Source: Vicugna vicugna (taxonomy: Eukaryota). From it: a stretch of DNA of 64,000 nucleotides. The stretch's first letter is position 1. Every line of letters starts with the position of its first letter. The translations under genes and the position numbers were made by a program. Positions 62,511 through 64,000 of this stretch are shown here, in pieces. Below the pieces are notes generated by a model. It saw only the letters and a program-made list of their open reading frames with translations. It made no database searches and had not been told where the DNA came from. The stretch spans positions 124,001 to 188,000 of the forward strand of contig MU057700.1 in assembly GCA_013265495.1 (NCBI GenBank). Reading direction: 5' to 3'.

Positions 62511-63052
62511 TCTGTCAACCCACTTGGGAACTTCCCACCTCTGGGTTTCATGTAACATGAAGGTCTGCACTACCCTTATTGTTTAAACTACTTTTATTTG
62601 GATTTCCTGTTACTTGAAGCCAAAAACATTCTAACTAATCCAGTACTCATTGGAGAACTGCACATTTGTGCTTAAAAGTTGGAAATCAAAGAAACAACCA
62701 AAATTAGAGAACCGATTATTAAAGCACTGCTGTGCAATGGGATAGGATATAAGAAAGAAAATATGATGTTGCAGATATCCATTTATTGACATTAAATGAT
62801 GTTTATGGTGTAATGTCAAGTTTAAAAAGTAAGTTTCAATAGTATGTATATATGAATACACACATTCCCCATTATAGTGAATATATTTACGTATAATTTA
62901 GTTTCAAGAGGATATAAATACACACATAAATGAACATGTACATTTTACAGTAGTTTTTACTTGGTAGAGGATTATGACTTTTTTCCTTTATGAGTTTTGA
63001 TAGTTTTCCAAATTTTAACATGAAATAATTTTATAATCAGAAGACAATAAAA

Positions 63053-63624
63053 TTTTACAATAGCCAAGACATGGAAACAACCTAAATATCCATCGACAGA
63101 TGACTGGATAAAGAAGTTGTGGTATATTTATACAATGGGGAATACTACTCAGCCTTAAAAAATGATAAAATAATGCCATTTGCAGCAACATGGATGGACC
63201 TGGAGATTGTCATTCTAAGTGAAGTAAGCCAGAAAGAGAAAGAAAAATACCGTATGGTATCACTCATATGTGGAATCTAAATAAAAAAAAAAAAAAAAGA
63301 CAAATGAACTTATATATCAAATAGAAACAGACTCACAGACATAGAATACAGACTTGTGGTTGCCAGAGGGGAGGCGAGTGGGAAGGGATAAACTGGGAGT
63401 TCAAGATTTGCAGATACTGACTGGTATGTATAAAATGGATAAACAAGTTTATAGTGTACTCCACAGGGAAATGTATTCGATACCTTGTAGTAGCTTATGG
63501 TGAAAAAGAATATGAAAATGAATATATGTATGTTCATGTATGACTGAAGCATTGTGCTGTACATCAGAAATTGACACAACATTGTAAACTGACTATACTT
63601 CAATAAAAAAAATTAACAAAAAAA
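63053..63624 (+). mobile_element. Young 5'-truncated L1 with TSD
   Basis: L1 ORF2 end, 3'UTR and polyA; flanking direct repeat gaagacaataaaa (~63040 and ~63625). Confidence 0.9.
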
Positions 63625-64000
63625 GAAGACAATAAAAGATACTTGACATGGAAATATTAGTCTTTGAAGGGTGCAAATGGTTAAGCAGATTGCCTCATGG
63701 TTGTTTATTTACTTATTTATTCCCAGCTTTATTGAAATATCATTGACAATCTCATGGTTATGTGACGTCTTCCCTTGGTCACTAACGTTTTGGGCACAAT
63801 AAACACTGTTTTAGCCAATGTGCTGTTGAGTAAACTTGTGGTGCCTTGTAGCAGAACTGTATTTAGAAATGTTCTCCGAGCACGTCGGAAGAAAGGTGAA
63901 TGGAGGCTGAATTCAACCAGGAATGGAGAAGCGTGGGGTTGGGGTGGGGAGACCCGATTCCCCTGCCCAGGCAGCAGCCGGAGGTCACGGCCACCGCCCC

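Overview
Mammalian (not prokaryotic) genomic DNA, most likely camelid: it carries 16 copies of a tRNA-Ala(AGC)-derived SINE resembling the camelid vic-1 family, plus young L1 3' ends. The only protein-coding gene I can support is FXYD4 (CHIF, Na,K-ATPase regulator) on the minus strand. It has seven small coding exons (7084 to 4851, 88 aa), an ATTAAA polyA signal at ~4700 and a probable non-coding first exon and promoter at ~8475-8570. The remaining ~55 kb upstream is mostly transposable elements: L1, L2, MIR, MaLR/ERV LTRs, two decayed ERVL-class internal regions and DNA transposons. There is one 162-bp assembly gap. Almost all entries in the ORF track are spurious or TE-derived. Non-TE signals worth following up are several orphan promoter-like CpG patches (~3.0, 13.3, 45.6 and 52.3 kb, and the window end), most with + strand splice donors; a strong minus-strand bias of retroelements between 14.7 and 58.5 kb, compatible with an unannotated long + strand transcript; a convergent CTCF motif pair; a polyadenylated mRNA 3'-end retrocopy; and an L1 inserted into another L1 at almost the homologous position. 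I see no evidence for a novel protein-coding system. Repeat family names are from recall and repeat boundaries are approximate.
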